A DNA stretch of 64,000 bases from Lophium mytilinum (Eukaryota). Location: positions 1,674,001-1,738,000 of the forward strand of contig MU004181.1 in assembly GCA_010093605.1 (NCBI GenBank), read 5' to 3'. Shown here one piece after another: positions 48,259-62,131 of the stretch. The position numbers and the translations under genes are program-made. How positions within the stretch are numbered: position 1 is the first letter of the stretch; the number at the start of each line of letters is the position of its first letter. A model generated the notes under the pieces. That model was not told the DNA's origin. It worked only from the letters and a program-made list of their open reading frames with translations, and made no database searches.

Positions 48259-51200
48259 CTACACATCCCGTGTCCTGGAGCTAGATTTCCTGCCTATTCC
48301 AATCTCCGTCTCCACGAGCTCCAATCCCGAAAGGCTGGGATACCGTTTACTGAAATTGGCTTCCCAGTCATCTCCTTGAGGCGCTCCAGCGTCAGCCGGA
48401 CTGGGCAACGGTTTTCCAGTGAGAGCAGCCGGTTTTACTGGTGATGAGAGCGGTGCTTCATATTGGCCTCCCGTGCGTAAGGCCTTCGGCTTGGGCGGGG
48501 CGTTGGGCCGACTACCCGTTCTCAGCGCTGCAGAGGGCGCCGAAGACGACGATGGAATGAAAGAGGACGGGAGCGGTCCAGAGTCCTGGATTGGCATTGG
48601 TCTTGCTTTCGTATACGATGTATCGCTGGGCGGGATCCCAGTGGGCTTCCCAATCGGCTTTCGTAATATTAGAGGAGCTTTGGGTTTGGGGTCCTCTGAA
48701 GGCCTCGCCGGCAAGGCCTTCCCCGACTCAGTAAATCGCCCATACCCTTCGGCGGTTCGAGATGGCTGCACCTTGCTATCATCTAGCAGGGTCTTGACAC
48801 GATTCTGGATAGTTGAGGCACGCGTAAGGCCGCCCTTGCCTTTGCCACTGTCCCCTTGTTCAGCTAAACGCTGGCGATATTCGGCTGCGGCCTGCGCAAC
48901 GCGCTTCTCTTCTTGCGAAAGCCGTCTTCTTTCCAGCTCTCGTCGGACCTCGGGCGGAAGATCCTGCGTCTCATCTATGGCGTGTTCGTCGTCGCTGGTC
49001 CCTCCTGTAGCTTCAGAACCAGCAATAGGGGTTAAAGCATTGCCGTTGCGATCAATCAGTTGGTCGGTTGGGGTCCGAGGTTCTTGCGGTGCTGTATTAC
49101 TCTCAAATCGGCGGAAAGCATCTCCGAATCTACCAGCCAAAATGTTCTTCGTATTCGACAGAGATATCGACGGTAGGCTGGACCGCTTGCTGTGTTTGCT
49201 GTGACTACTACTACGCCGATGATCTTTCTTTTTCATGGAATCGTCACCTTCTATAGCACGCAAGAAATCTACGTTCGAAGTGATGTTCTTGTCTTCCATT
49301 TCTGAGTCCGACTCAGGGGCTGAGATTTTTACTATGTCCCCCTGTCCGCTTCCTCGACCTCGAAATTGTTCTCGGTCTCGTAGATAATCGAGATTAGACT
49401 CGACGTGAACGCTGGTGGGCCGTGGGCGCGCATTTGCTGACTTGGATCGACCAAGCGGATCGCCAATATCCTGGGCAGAGGGCCGTTGACCTTCCAGTGA
49501 AGGTCGAGAAGAAGCTGGCGATTTGGGTATTGTCAGACCGCTAGTTTGGGATCTCGATCGATTGACATCAAGCAATGAAGGGCGCGGAGGGAGCGCATAT
49601 TCAGGTCGAAGACTGGGCGCACTTGACCTTGCGCTGTCCATCGTTCGCGGCTGGCTCATAGTTCGATGGTGGTGGTCACTGGACAAATCTGTCGGAGGGA
49701 ATCGGTATATGGGACGTTTGTTCGCCTCTGGATATTGCTGGGGTGCTGGCGACGGTGCTGGAGACGTCATTGTACCCGTTGAAACCATACCAGGCCGCTG
49801 TGGTTCTGGTTGGTGTATGGTAGTAGTTGGTATTGGACGTGCAATCGGCTTTTGAGGGGCGGTTGGCTGGGGCTTCTTGACAGAAGCTGTCCGTGATACT
49901 GTTGAGGATATTGTCGACGAGGGTTTGATGTTCGGCGCAGAGTCTACCTTTGTGATTGGCGGCAAGGCGAAGGCGTCATCGGCCAAAGCTTCGGTCACTC
50001 GTTTGTTTAATGTCTCCTCCTTGGGGTCAACTGGAGAAGATGGGTTAAATTGAAATTTGGTCCCACGGTCATGCAGAATCGAGAATTCATCCAGCGAGGG
50101 AAAGCGTGCAGCAAGTTCATCAGCGGCTGCGCTCCTTACTTGAACTGACTGCGAGTCTAGGGCAGCAAACGGGTCACCGCCTCCCCTCAGAGGCGACGGG
50201 CTTGGCTTCGCGGAGGCATGGTGTTGGGTTGGACCCGTAGGGCGGCCTCGTCTCATAGGAGTGATATCTGGTATGGATTGTACTGTTTGTACTGGGAGCG
50301 CTTTTTGTATTCCAATCACAGGTGGGGATGAAGCGTCGAGTTCTGGGGATGGAAGTCTCTCATTCCGACGAGATTCTGATTGAGATCGATTCGCGTAGAT
50401 CTGATTCTGTTAGCTCAGTTGGTAGATGATGCTAAGGATGCGTACATCTTTAATCGGTAGTTCGGTATTCCGCATAGAGCAGACTTCTCGCAAGACTTGG
50501 TAAATGTTTGGCCGTAATTGAGGGCTCTCCCGTAGCATGGACGCTACATAAACCATAAGCATTCGTAGGAAGCGACTGTAATGCAGGTTCTTACCGATGA
50601 GTTTCTTAGTGCGATCTGAAAATGCTGGGTATGAAGGGAATTTGAAACTGGCATTCAAAATGGCCATCTGTCCCACTTCCTCAAAGGGCGTTGTATAGTA
50701 GCAGAGTTTGTACAGCAGCACACCTAACGCCCATATATCGCTTTTCTCGTCGATGGGCTGTTTACGGTAGACATCAATCATTTCCGGACTCCGGTATTGC
50801 AAGGTAGTATGCTTTTGAACATCGTCCTCAATTAATCTGCCTTCAGCAGCGGTTGTGGCAGCGGGGCGCGGAGGAGCTGTGGACCCAAAATCGCAGAGCT
50901 TGTATATCCTAGATGATCCAGAAGATGTGATGAGAACGTTCTCAACTTTCAGATCCCGATGTAGAAGTGGAGGCTTCAGGTAGTGCATTGTAGCAACGCC
51001 TTCGGATACATCCGAGAATATTTTGAGAATTTCCGGCTCCGTGAGACGATGCTGAAGCCGGGTGTTCATGAAATCGATCAAACCCCCTCCGCTGCAGAAT
51101 TCCATGAGCAGGAAGACCTCGTAGCCCCCGCCCTTCAGCTGGGAGGCATGTGAATCCATGTACGTCACGATATGCTTGTGGCCCTTCAATTTCTTCATGG

Positions 51201-51489
51201 TTTCCACCTCTGTTCTCATGTTTGCCAGAGAGTCTTTATCCGGAACTGCAACTCGTTTCAAGACCGCAACCTCGGTCTTGTCCACCGATTTGGGAACGCG
51301 CACCAGGTAGACATGGGCAAAGCCGCCCTCGGAAAGGTATTTCTCGATGACGACTCGGTGGTTTCCCACCTGGACTTTCGTGCCCGGTTGAAAAGTGCCT
51401 GGGGGTGCATTCGAGGCGGCCGCGGGAGCATGGTAGGCAGCGGGTCGGTGGGATGCAGCGGCAGAGCTGCTGAAGGGAGCGGAGGACAT
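48259..51489 (-). CDS. Ark1/Prk1/Akl1 (NAK-family) Ser/Thr kinase with long disordered C-terminus (3 exons)
   Basis: LSEGGFAHVY, AVLKRV, LLHRDLKVENVL, KLCDFGS, HTTLQYRSPEMID, DEKSDIWALG; repeated F..RFPSL / FSKRYPSL motifs in the tail. Confidence 0.93.
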
Positions 51490-53628
51490 TGTGGGCTCGG
51501 GGCGAGTTCCTGCGCAAGGCAGGGTTCTGACGCGCTTTAAGGAGGGTACATGAAGTGTATAGGCGTGTGGTGGAGGAGATCAGGCGCACGCAATGAGCGT
51601 ATGGGGTGGTTTCGAGGACTGGGGGCAGCTGTTGACGGTCATACGTAGGTAGTGTGGCCCGCCAAGCCACTCTCCCCCTGCGTCGGCGGTGTGGTATTTC
51701 TTGCAGGACTGCGTAATTCCGGATGTACTCAACAATTATTAACAGATAGTCTCTGATCTCCTCTATATTCGAGTCACTCTGGAATCTGAAGTTCCAGAGC
51801 GGAGAACTACAATGCCGAGCCCTCTCTGGGAACGTCCACGGGTCTGAAACGGCAAACCGTGAGATGCTATTGGTCAAACTTGGAACATTTTGGGCTGGTG
51901 ACAATATGTTCGCTCCGTCAATTCTATAAGGGCCCTAACCAATGCCCATAGCTCCGCGATTCTTGTTCTCGTTTCCGTTACAGTATTCACAATGATATAT
52001 ATTTCATTGGGGCCTATTGATGTCCTCTCTTGGACGACATCGAAGTTTCATCGTTCCCTGCCAAAATTGAAGCTAGAGAACCTAGCCGTCTACTATTCAA
52101 CCATGTCCTGCACTGTGTACCCGTGATCGAAAGCTGTGGAAACTAACGAAGCGTGGGGAAGTTTTTCGAGTATATATCTCTCGACAGCTTTGCTCTGCGA
52201 TCTATTATGACGGGCTACCGAAGGCGCGTTTGACCAGCCTGATAGGCATTTCGAAGAGATTCAACCAGAGGCCATTCATCAACACGTACGGATTCGCTCA
52301 ATCCACGGAGGGAAACCTTCGCACTTTGGTCGTTTCACTACTCATCATGTATGAGGTCTTCGGTGGGCTCTTAAATGAAATACACTGTGGCGGGTGAGGA
52401 GACCTTCGACCTGAGATCTGGCCTCCGATGCAACCCTTCAATCACCCGAGTTCGTGTGCTCCGAGATAACCATTTCGAGAACAGATCACTACATTGTTGA
52501 AAGACACGCAGTCCTTATGCTGACGGGTCTTGTTGACACGCGTCTCATGCTCCAAAGCGGCAGATATGTCATGTGCGTTTTCCAAGCCACGTTGGCCCCG
52601 TGTGACACGTAGAGGCCGTTTTCGTGACGATGAAAGGTGCCGAGACGAAGCAATCTAAACTTCTATAGCTTACTAGATTTGGAAGCGCAGGATTCGCTCA
52701 ATACTAGAGCGAAGCCAGGCTTTCGGCTCTCATGTAGGTCACGATGCACAGCGAGCCTGCAGAGTCGGCCGCCGTTGACCGACATTGAATGCACGTCGTC
52801 CCCCTTGGCGTGCGCCCAGCCTTAAGCAGGGCGTTTTGGACGCGAAGCCATGGTCGTGGCCTGTGGTGGCGGTGAGATCTGCGAAGGTCTTGCAGGTGCT
52901 CTGTTTCTGTCTGTAGCTATGGTAGCGGAATGTGAGGTTCCAGGTTCGAGAGCGTGTAACAGTCTGAGGTCCCGAGCAGAAGTAGCAGTGAATGAAGGAC
53001 CTTTCACCTAGCCAGCCAAGGAAACCTCGCTGTGATCGTCCATGTTCAGCCGGCGCTGGACTGGTCGATAACCTGTAGTGCTGTTGTTGACTCCATGGTT
53101 CCCAGCTCGGTACCTAGGTATGATGTCTCTTTGCCAAGCCTCGACGACCAACAGCTGACGTGCCGCTTCGCTCCTTATTGTTGAAGCGGACACTCCCCTC
53201 ACTCACACCTGCACTATCCAGAAGGCACTACATACGCTGTGTTGATTTATTCTCCATTCATTCACTTCTCTCCTACCATTTGCGCCCTTCTTCCTTACTA
53301 CCTGCCGCAGTCCTCGACCCTCTCCCGGCTCCTCCTCCGCGCTTCTTGCACAACCTTGGCCTTGCTCACTCTACCACAACAACAACCACCCTTCTCGGAT
53401 ACTGGCACTCGCCCGACACCTCCAGGCGCTCCTCACATATAAAATCCGGGCAGCACACCGCCTGTATCGCCGTCGCCTCGTACACCACCCCACCTTCGGG
53501 AATCAACACAACAAACCTCCATCGTGCAGTCGACACCATCCTCTTTCACAACCACCACCTTTATATGGTGCAGCCGGAACGGCAGATACCTTGTAGCTAC
53601 CGCGCTCTGCATTTACATACTACACGCC

Positions 53629-55581
53629 ATGGCTCGCTCCCGCCGACCGCAGAGATCACCCAGCGGTTCCCGGTCCGACACTTCCGCGTCCACATCCCCC
53701 GAACGAGGGGTCGACGATGACAATGATTCGTTCATGATGCAAGCAAACGACTCGGTTTCATCTCTGGCGCCCTCAATTCCCCCGGAGTTCGACACCGAAG
53801 CCGCGAGGCGGGAAATCGAAGAGCGATGCCGTGTATCACCAATCAGCCGACTCCCCGCCGAGCTTATGATCGCTATATTCGCGAAGCTGGGCTCCCCCGG
53901 GGATTTGAAGAATTGCATGCTGGTGTCGAGAGAATGGTCGAGGAACAGTGTTGGACTACTTTGGCACAGACCCCGAACCGACAAGTGGTCCAGTCTACAC
54001 AACGTGGTCAAGTCAGTCCGGACGGTGAACAGCTTTTTCGACTATCCCAGTCTTATAAAGCGACTCAATCTATCCACTCTGGCTGGCGATGTCAGTGATG
54101 GTACCCTGCAACCGCTTCGTGCTTGCAAGAGAGTGGAGCGTATGACACTTACGAATTGTTCGAAGCTTTCGGATCTGAGTCTGGTCGACATGATCCAGGG
54201 AAATCGTAGCCTTTTGGCTCTAGATGTGACGGGCCTAGAAAACATCACAGACAAGACCATGGAGGCCGTAGCAAACAACTGCATACGACTCCAAGGCTTG
54301 AACATTACGAATTGCAAAAAGATCACGGATAAATCCCTCGCAGAGGTCGCTCGACTTTGTCGGCATGTCAAGAGAGTAAGTCCCAAATTCATTCCGAATT
54401 CCTTTGCGCTTGGATTAACGTTCTCTTAGTTAAAATTCAACGGATGCTCTCAGCTCACGGACGCGTCTATCATGGCCTTTGCACTTAATTGCCGACATAT
54501 TTTGGAGATTGACCTCCACGATTGCAGACTTCTCGAAGACGAGTCAATAACGGCCTTGATTAGCGAGGGTCCGCATTTGAGAGAGCTCCGGCTGGCCCAC
54601 TGTTCCCGCATCACCGACAACGCGTTCCTCCGCCTGCCCCAAGAAGCTACATACGACAGTCTACGCATCTTGGATCTTACTGACTGCGGCGAACTTCAAG
54701 ATGCTGGCGTACAGAAGATAATCCAGGCTGCCCCCCGTCTCCGGAATCTGGTCCTTGCTAAGTGCCGACAATTGACAGACCGAGCGGTCTTAGCCATCAC
54801 CCGGCTTGGCAAAAACCTGCACTACATCCACCTAGGACACTGCTCACGCATAACGGATGCTGGTGTGATACAGCTTGTCAAGCTTTGCAATAGGATTAGA
54901 TACATCGACTTGGCTTGCTGCTCAAATCTCACCGATAATTCGGTTCACCAGCTTGCCACACTCCCAAAGTTGAAACGTATCGGACTAGTTAAATGCGGAA
55001 ATATCACAGATCGTAGCATCCTTGCTCTTGCGAAACCGAAGCAGGTTGGACACAACGGGCCAGTGGCGCCGAGCTCCCTTGAGAGGGTTCATTTGAGTTA
55101 CTGTACGAATTTGACGCTCGCGGTAAGCACAATGAATACCACTTTTCGAGATGATTGACTCTAACGCTGCCCAGGGCATTCACGCGTTGTTAAACAACTG
55201 CCCGCGACTGACGCATCTCAGTCTGACTGGCGTTATGGCCTTCCTCCGTGAAGACTTGGTTGTGTTCTGTCGAGAGGCCCCACAAGGTTCATAAACCCTT
55301 TCGCCCTTTTTGCATTTGATTGTAGCCTAACATTCGAAGCAGAATTCAACGACCACCAACGGGACGTCTTCTGCGTCTTCAGCAACCATGGCGTCACCCG
55401 GCTTCGGGCCTACCTCAACCAAGACTCGCGTATCTCAGCCTACGAGGCCGACGGCACGATGTACGACGAAACCGAGGAACCAGACGTTATCATGAATGTC
55501 ACTGCCCAAGCGAACATCATGGTCATTGACGAAATGGACGAGGATTTTGGAGAGAACAGCGAGGTAATGGGCCAGGACTGA
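53629..55581 (+). CDS. GRR1: SCF F-box/LRR protein Grr1 (GrrA; 4 exons)
   Basis: F-box ISRLPAELMIAIF...CMLVSREW; serial cysteine-containing LRRs; LGKNLHYIHLGHC, RIRYIDLACC, LERVHLSYC, CPRLTHLSLTGV, EFNDHQRDVFCVFS. Confidence 0.95.
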
Positions 55582-56581
55582 GCCCGTCGTTCCAAGTCTT
55601 GGACCCAGACCCATCAGAGGCCCTCAAACCGAATCCCTTCAGCTTCTTCCCCTGGACATCGGATCGCGATATTAGGGAGCTCTCGTGTTAGAGTACGTCG
55701 CTTATGAATTAACGGCAAAAGTCGCTGCATCTGCTCTTTGAGCGCGGGAGACACGGCAGGGCTTCGTCTTCCCTTTCGCCTTTCTTGTATTACATCTTTT
55801 AGCAACAGCCAGCATCATCTCCAGCCTTTTCCAGGGCCTCGGAACCGCAGCGGAGCGAGCTAGGCGCGGGAGAGCGGATTGCGAGATGGATAGAGTGGAG
55901 ATATACCCGGGGTTGGAGCATAGTCCTAATTCAGTCTAGTCTAATCAGCGTTTGAGCTTGGTTGGGCTTGTTTGTTTACACTGTGCGCATACACTTCCGG
56001 GGGTATGATAAGGGGGATTAGTACTCTGCTGTACCAGTGTAGTTTTGGCTAATTCGGATTACGTTGATGCGCCTTTGCGAGCTGCGGCTGTGGTGACGCG
56101 TGTTTTGTTAGACACGCCGAATCGTGTGAAGTGATTACGCCACGTGTACTCTAGCAGGTGTGCTGTAGATATTCGAATTCCAATCTTCGCGCACAAGTGT
56201 TGATCCGGGAGGTATGACGTTCCGGGCCGCTCCCTCTTCATAGCGAATCCACTGATCTACGTCGGTCGTTTCCTAGCGAGGCCCGTATAGAGTCGGGCCG
56301 TGGAGTTGGACGCGGATCCTTCGGAGCGGGAGTCGTAGGGTGCCCGACGGCGTGGGCTGGGACGTCAAGGCTGACGATGAGAGATGTGATGTTGATGGAG
56401 GCAAGAGTAGGAGAGGAGGTCGAAGGATCGAAGTTTATAGAGGGGTCGCTGCACGGATAGCGCCTGGTAGAGTTGTGAAGATATTGGATGGTGTGAGTTC
56501 GCATCATGTGCTCGTTGTGTATGTGTAGCCCTCAAAAGCATGTAATTAAGCATTTTGTGTGTCAGTAGAAGGGGGAGTAGT

Positions 56582-57178
56582 ATGGGCCCAATTTATCTGG
56601 GTAACCTCGATATGGCGAAGGACAAGTTCGTATGTCAAGTCTTGACGCTTAGCTAGGACGATGATATGGGCTTTTCTAGATATAGAGATGTCTTTAAAGG
56701 TACTGATATCAAGCAAGCTCGAAAGTATCTGATGTGTGTTCTGGAGAACGAGGGGTTTGATGCGGTGGTGTGAGAGATGCGTGAGAGGACCTCAGGGCTT
56801 ACTATCGTACGGGAAATCAACGACAAGCTAGGTGAATTTGACATGTAGAATGTAGGATATGGACCTGAGAAGCCCATTCTCACCAGGAATAGTGAAGTCC
56901 GCACAAGGACATATCGGAAAAGTGGTTGCGGTGCGACCTCGTACAACTTCATCTCCATGAAGGATGGATCTGGTCCACTTACTAGAACTGAAGTGGAAGT
57001 CGACTTGTGCAAGAAACGATGGTATCGACTTGAAGGATTTGGAACTGAAGGATATGAAGGGCTTACTTTAAGCACGACACTCATACATTCGCGTTCTAAC
57101 TGGACAACGCAAAGTGGTCTGAGGTTCTGCTTGGGTTTCTTCTTGAAACGAAGCGAATGCCTGATGCTCACACCATGA
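56582..57178 (+). pseudogene. Decayed ORF of unknown family
   Basis: One frame from ATG 56582 to TGA 57178 (about 199 codons) is broken only by TAG, TGA and TAG; the mirror antisense frame is open (ORF 56653-57171). Confidence 0.4.
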
Positions 57179-57554
57179 ACCCACTTCGCTTCTACGAGTG
57201 ATCGAACGCTACGCTGCCCCAGGACAGTTCATAGCTAGGCAGAGCCAGATTTGGCTGCGTAGAGCCGAGATCGAGGGGCAGACAGCGAGAAAGTGAGTTA
57301 TGTGTAAGCTTCAGATTCTTGATAAGAGCTTCAGTCATCTCAAATTATTTACGAACCATATGTTGCATAGAGTATACGGAATCCAAGTACACAAGCTAAT
57401 GAGTAGGGGTATAGACTCTGTCTGTAGGATTACCTTTGTAGTAGCTACAAACGTAGGCCCAGCAAATGAATACGATTACTACAGTCTCCTAAATATCTAT
57501 TGGTTCCTTTTCATCCATTTATACTCCTATAGCACATGATGTCCAAATGGTGGC

Positions 57555-59026
57555 CCTGGCCGATTGCGCTCAACTTGGCACGCCGGATGGTCTGGGCGAA
57601 CCAGCGGAAATCTTGGTGGGCGCTGACGGCTGAAGAGTGGGACTGATACCTCTTTTAGAGGCCTCTAAAGATGTGACAGGGATACAGACGGTCTGGACTT
57701 TCGACAACAAGAAGTACAATGTGCGTTGCAGCACAGTCAGCCATTCAAGTACAAACTTTCTCCTTCTCTTGCGGCGATATTGCCAAGGAGGAGGTAGCAC
57801 GCATGCAACATGGGACGCGAGGCTTCAATATTGACAAACCAGCATCTGCAGAGGCGCTGGACGCGCGATGGAGACGGATTGGTAGGCAAGGGAGTGTGTC
57901 TACATACCGTGTCCCGAGTGGGCACTCGGGCCGGCCAGTCGATTCGGGACGAATACGAGGCATGTGTTCGGCTCGGTAAGGACCGGGGCTGGAGCAGGCT
58001 AAATGTTGTATCTCTCATCATCCCTTCGCAGTTTGAACAGCTGCAGCTCTAGCAAACGGCTCTTCAATGGTTTTCCATACGCAAGCACGGTAGGACGAAA
58101 GAAAGTAGGGACCACACCATCAAAAGCACGTGATCAACCGACAGAGCCAGAGCATGGGTTATAGATGTGTCAAAGGCTCGTCGATAGAAGGCAGTCGGAC
58201 AGGGCAAGCCACTGTGAATGCGGCTTGGCCGAGGATTATGCCTACCGCGAGGGTGAGGGTCTGCAGCGCACTCGATTGGACGAGAGGGTCATACGATGTG
58301 AGGTAAGCGAGTTGCCCGTCCAGCAGAGCACAAGCTCAGCAAAGGAGGCTGGCGGACAACGAGGATGTCGATGGCCAAGCGGGGAGTCGTCGTAACAGTG
58401 AGCAGTCCGTTCGCACAGCGCTTGAAGATGAGATGAGAGGTGACGCACTCCGCCAGCGGAAGAGGCAAATCCAAGCACTCCGACCTTGGCTGACACTCTG
58501 GGCGCGCCGGCGATGCCCAGCCGCCCAGCGTGCGCTCGTTTTGGGCGAGCCGGGGTCGACCCACACCACCGGCCATGTTGCTGCACGGCTTTGCGAGGCT
58601 GGTGACGGTTGCCTCGGTGGCGCGGCCCCGCTCACACTGTGTGACATCAAGGAGCGAGCAGCAAGTTGGCAGCTTCGCAAGGTGAATTATGGAGGACACA
58701 CAGCTGCGAACGCGGCCCTTTCGGCATCCAGCAGCGCCAGCTCGGCGGCAGTGACAGCGGGCCAAGGCCGCCAAGCAGGAAGGCGCGCCCCAAGGGTCTA
58801 GTGCGAGGCGCAGCGCTTGCCTGGCTTGTCCCGCCGGCCGCCCAGAACCCGCCCTCTCCTCTCTTATTTCCTCCCGATGCCCTCCCCTAAGCCTTTCACT
58901 TTCTCGACTCTCGAAAGTGCTGCGCTGTGAATCCGCCCGTTGTGACTGACTCCCCAGCGCTTTTCCTGCGCCGTGCGCGACCCTCGCCGAACACCAAGCA
59001 TCTCCGCCTTGCTCCTCGCCGCCAAG
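57555..59026. promoter_or_regulatory. Cluster of PacC consensus sites (GCCARG) in the pacC upstream region
   Basis: Sites on either strand at 57555, 57574, 57782, 58224, 58374, 58485, 58761, 58770, 58820 and 59021. Confidence 0.75.
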
Positions 59027-59077
59027 CACCAAGCACCAAGCAATCCATCGCCAACCCAACCCACACCTCCTCTCGCC

Positions 59078-61182
59078 ATGTCCGAGAACGTGCCCACCGC
59101 CCAAGGCCCGCAGTCCGCCACGACACCGCAGCAGCAGCCTCAAGTCTTGCCCCAACCCCAGGGCCAGACATCGCCTGCCGTCGCCAGCGGTGCCGGCGAT
59201 CAGCTCGTGTGCCAGTGGCAGAACTGCGGTGAGCGCTGTCCGTCCGCCGAGCAGCTCTATGTAAGTAGATCCGTATATCTCGTCGCCTCTGCTCTCTTCT
59301 CTCTGCTCTTGATCGCGTCGCGACTCTTCTGTTTCTTCAACCAAGACGCGACTGTGTGATAGCATTGCCGAGCAACCGACCGCTGGAATGTGCCCGTCTT
59401 GCTCGCTTCGGCTCCTCGCGCAAACATTTACTAATCCTCGCAGGACCATGTTTGCGAGCGTCACGTTGGCCGCAAGAGCACCAACAACCTCAACTTGACC
59501 TGCCAATGGGGCAACTGCCGCACGACGACGGTGAAACGTGACCACATCACTTCTCACATCCGTGTGCACGTCCCGCTAAAGCCGCACAAATGCGACTTCT
59601 GCGGCAAGGCCTTCAAGCGCCCCCAGGACTTGAAGAAGCACGTCAAAACGCACGCCGACGACTCTGTGCTACTGCGCTCGCCCGAGCCAGGCCGCGCTGG
59701 CCACGGTGGCGGCAACTACCAGCAGAACAACGGAAAACGTAAGTCGCACCGCTCTCCGCTTTAGCAGCCAGACACCCGCCCAGAAGTCCCCCTTTTGTAT
59801 CTGCGCCATCGCCCCCCTTTCTTTTCCTCGACTCTAACGTGCGCGGAATAGTGGTCGCTGACTTGCAGGCTCTCGCTGCTACAGCGAGTGGTTACTACAA
59901 CCCCGAGAACCCTGGCTCGGGCAACTATGGCCAGCAGCATCCCGGAGGCCAGCCGCCCCAGGGATTCTACAGCGCCGCGCCACAGAGCACCGCATATGGC
60001 CCCGTCTACTATGCTGTTAACCAGCAACAGTCTATGAACAACGACTCATACGAGATACGCAAGCGCGCTGCCTACGACGCGCTCAACGAGTTCTTCGGTG
60101 ACGCCAAACGGAGGATTATTGACCCCACAACGTACTACGACGTCGGCCAGCGACTAATGGGACTTCAAGGCATCCAGCTCCCGGTTGCCGCGGGAGGAGG
60201 AGGGGGGTACCAGGGTGGCATGTCGGATTACGGTCAAGGCGGCCCTATGGTTGCACACGCACCTGCTCCAGTCTCAGGGCATCAATACTCACTCCCGTTG
60301 CCGAATATGCGGACCAAGAACGATCTTCTTAACATTGACCAGTTCCTCGAACAGCTGCAAACGACAGTCTACGAGAACTCCAACCACGCTGCCGCGGCCG
60401 GTGTAGCTCAACCGGGCTCGCATTATGTGCACCCAGGGGTCAATTACCGATCCAGCCATTCTCCACCAGGGATGCCCGCTGGCTCGCACCCGCAGTCGTC
60501 ACACGCTACGGCGGTTGCACCGATGTCGGCGGCTCCAGCCAGCGAGACTCCCGCTCTGACGCCTGCCTCAAGCGTCTTGTCGTACAACTCCGCGCACTCG
60601 CCAGGTTCGGGACACTCTGGAAGCACAGTCTCACCAACTTCCCGGGCCGGAATGAGCAGCATGTACCCAACCCTGCCTTCAGTCAGCACAATGTCGGACG
60701 CCTCGAACTACCCTGCGACCAGCGGTGCTCCTCCGTCTGCGCTCGGTGCATCTTTTGACGCAGATGGCCGTCGACGATACTCTGGCCATCTTCTCCAGAA
60801 AGCCGCCCCCGATCGTAGGTCTAGCGATGACATGGACATTTCCGAGGAAGGATCGCCAAAAGGCTCCCGGAGAGGTTCTGAACAAGATAGTCTCCGCCAC
60901 AACGTCAACCAACTGGCGATACAGTCTCCCAAGGTTGATCCAGCCCTCCGATCCCCCAGCCAAGCTTCGTCTGGAGAACATGTTGCTGACTCTCAAGAAA
61001 CTTGGGTCGAGAATATCCGCACTATCGAGAAGCTCAGGGGTTGGCTCAAAGAACGGCTCGAGCAGCATGACTACGTTGATGACGAAGACAGCACTCCTGA
61101 AGCGGACTCGAAGCCTTCGATGAGCGAGGATGCGCACAACCTGTACCCCGTGCTGAGGGCTGTCCGAGAAGGAAACGAGTAA
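59078..61182 (+). CDS. pacC: pH-response C2H2 transcription factor PacC/Rim101 (3 exons)
   Basis: Three zinc fingers (CQWQNC...[24 protein letters not shown]...[40 protein letters not shown]); YPTL and YPVL PalA-binding motifs; [15 protein letters not shown] box. Confidence 0.97.
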
Positions 61183-62131
61183 AGGATATTGGGTGGCTGG
61201 GCTATTGGTGTTAACGGTGACGTGTATGATGAGGTTCTTGGGACGAAAGGTATACTGCGGTCATCTGCATTTCTTTCTACGACGGGCCGGGACACTCGCT
61301 ACTTAAGCTGAGATCGGACGGACGAAGCCGCGCTTGTGGCTTCAGGGCTCTTGGTCCCTCTTACCAATATTGTTTGTTTTCCCTTTTAATTTGTGTTTTA
61401 GTGTGTTCTGTAACGATGACAGTCGTTCTGAGGGCTATCTGCCTGGCTCAATTTACTTTATAGGGATAAAGGACCGAGAGGGCAGGTAGCTATGTGACTA
61501 CAATGGACTTTTCATCGCTCTGCAACGGCTGGATATCAAAACACTGCTTGTTTCTCTTACTCTTTCGATTTCGTGTCCGTGATACTTTCCAATGTGTCCA
61601 ATGTGCCTTCGTCTACCGTGCCTCTATCACAGTAGCGGTATACCTTTCAATAGCTATAGTATCTCATAGTCGCTGAATTGTCGGGAAGGGATCTTAGATC
61701 AAGCTTTCTCTTGGCCCTCTGAGCCTCACGTGCCTGTGAACGTTCTGGCGGCGCCCGACTGACCCCCACTTAGGCCACGACGGCAGAAAATCCTGACGTT
61801 TAGCATCGCCAATCAAAATGACAACACCGAGCCCAATCCCCACGTTGCTTTTTGCGCTCCAGTTTTTCCACAGAAGGGTCCAGGCAGGGTGGCCCCCGTG
61901 TGGATCTCCCACGCTAAGGATTGCCTGACCTGCGCGGGGACGCCAAAGGAGCATTGCGCAACTGATTTCTAGCTGTCTTCAAAGCTTTTAAACACGCGAC
62001 CACGCTGCGTACATATATTTAACGAATACACTTTTGAGAACATCTTCGACTATCACTTTCCACTTCCTACATACTATATACCTCCCAACCAACCCACGCC
62101 CAGGAACCTAACCCAATTCAACCCGCCCACC

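Noticed and set aside
48419..49204. 261-aa plus-strand ORF
   Set aside because: Antisense mirror of the kinase C-terminal exon.
58289..59569. 426-aa minus-strand ORF overlapping the pacC 5' end
   Set aside because: Antisense shadow of GC-rich pacC exons and promoter; no motif.
23976..61182. Functional clustering of regulatory and trafficking genes (forkhead, Whi5-like, GRR1, YMR1, NAK kinase, pacC)
   Set aside because: They are interspersed with unrelated genes, and co-occurrence in 40 kb is plausible by chance without synteny data.
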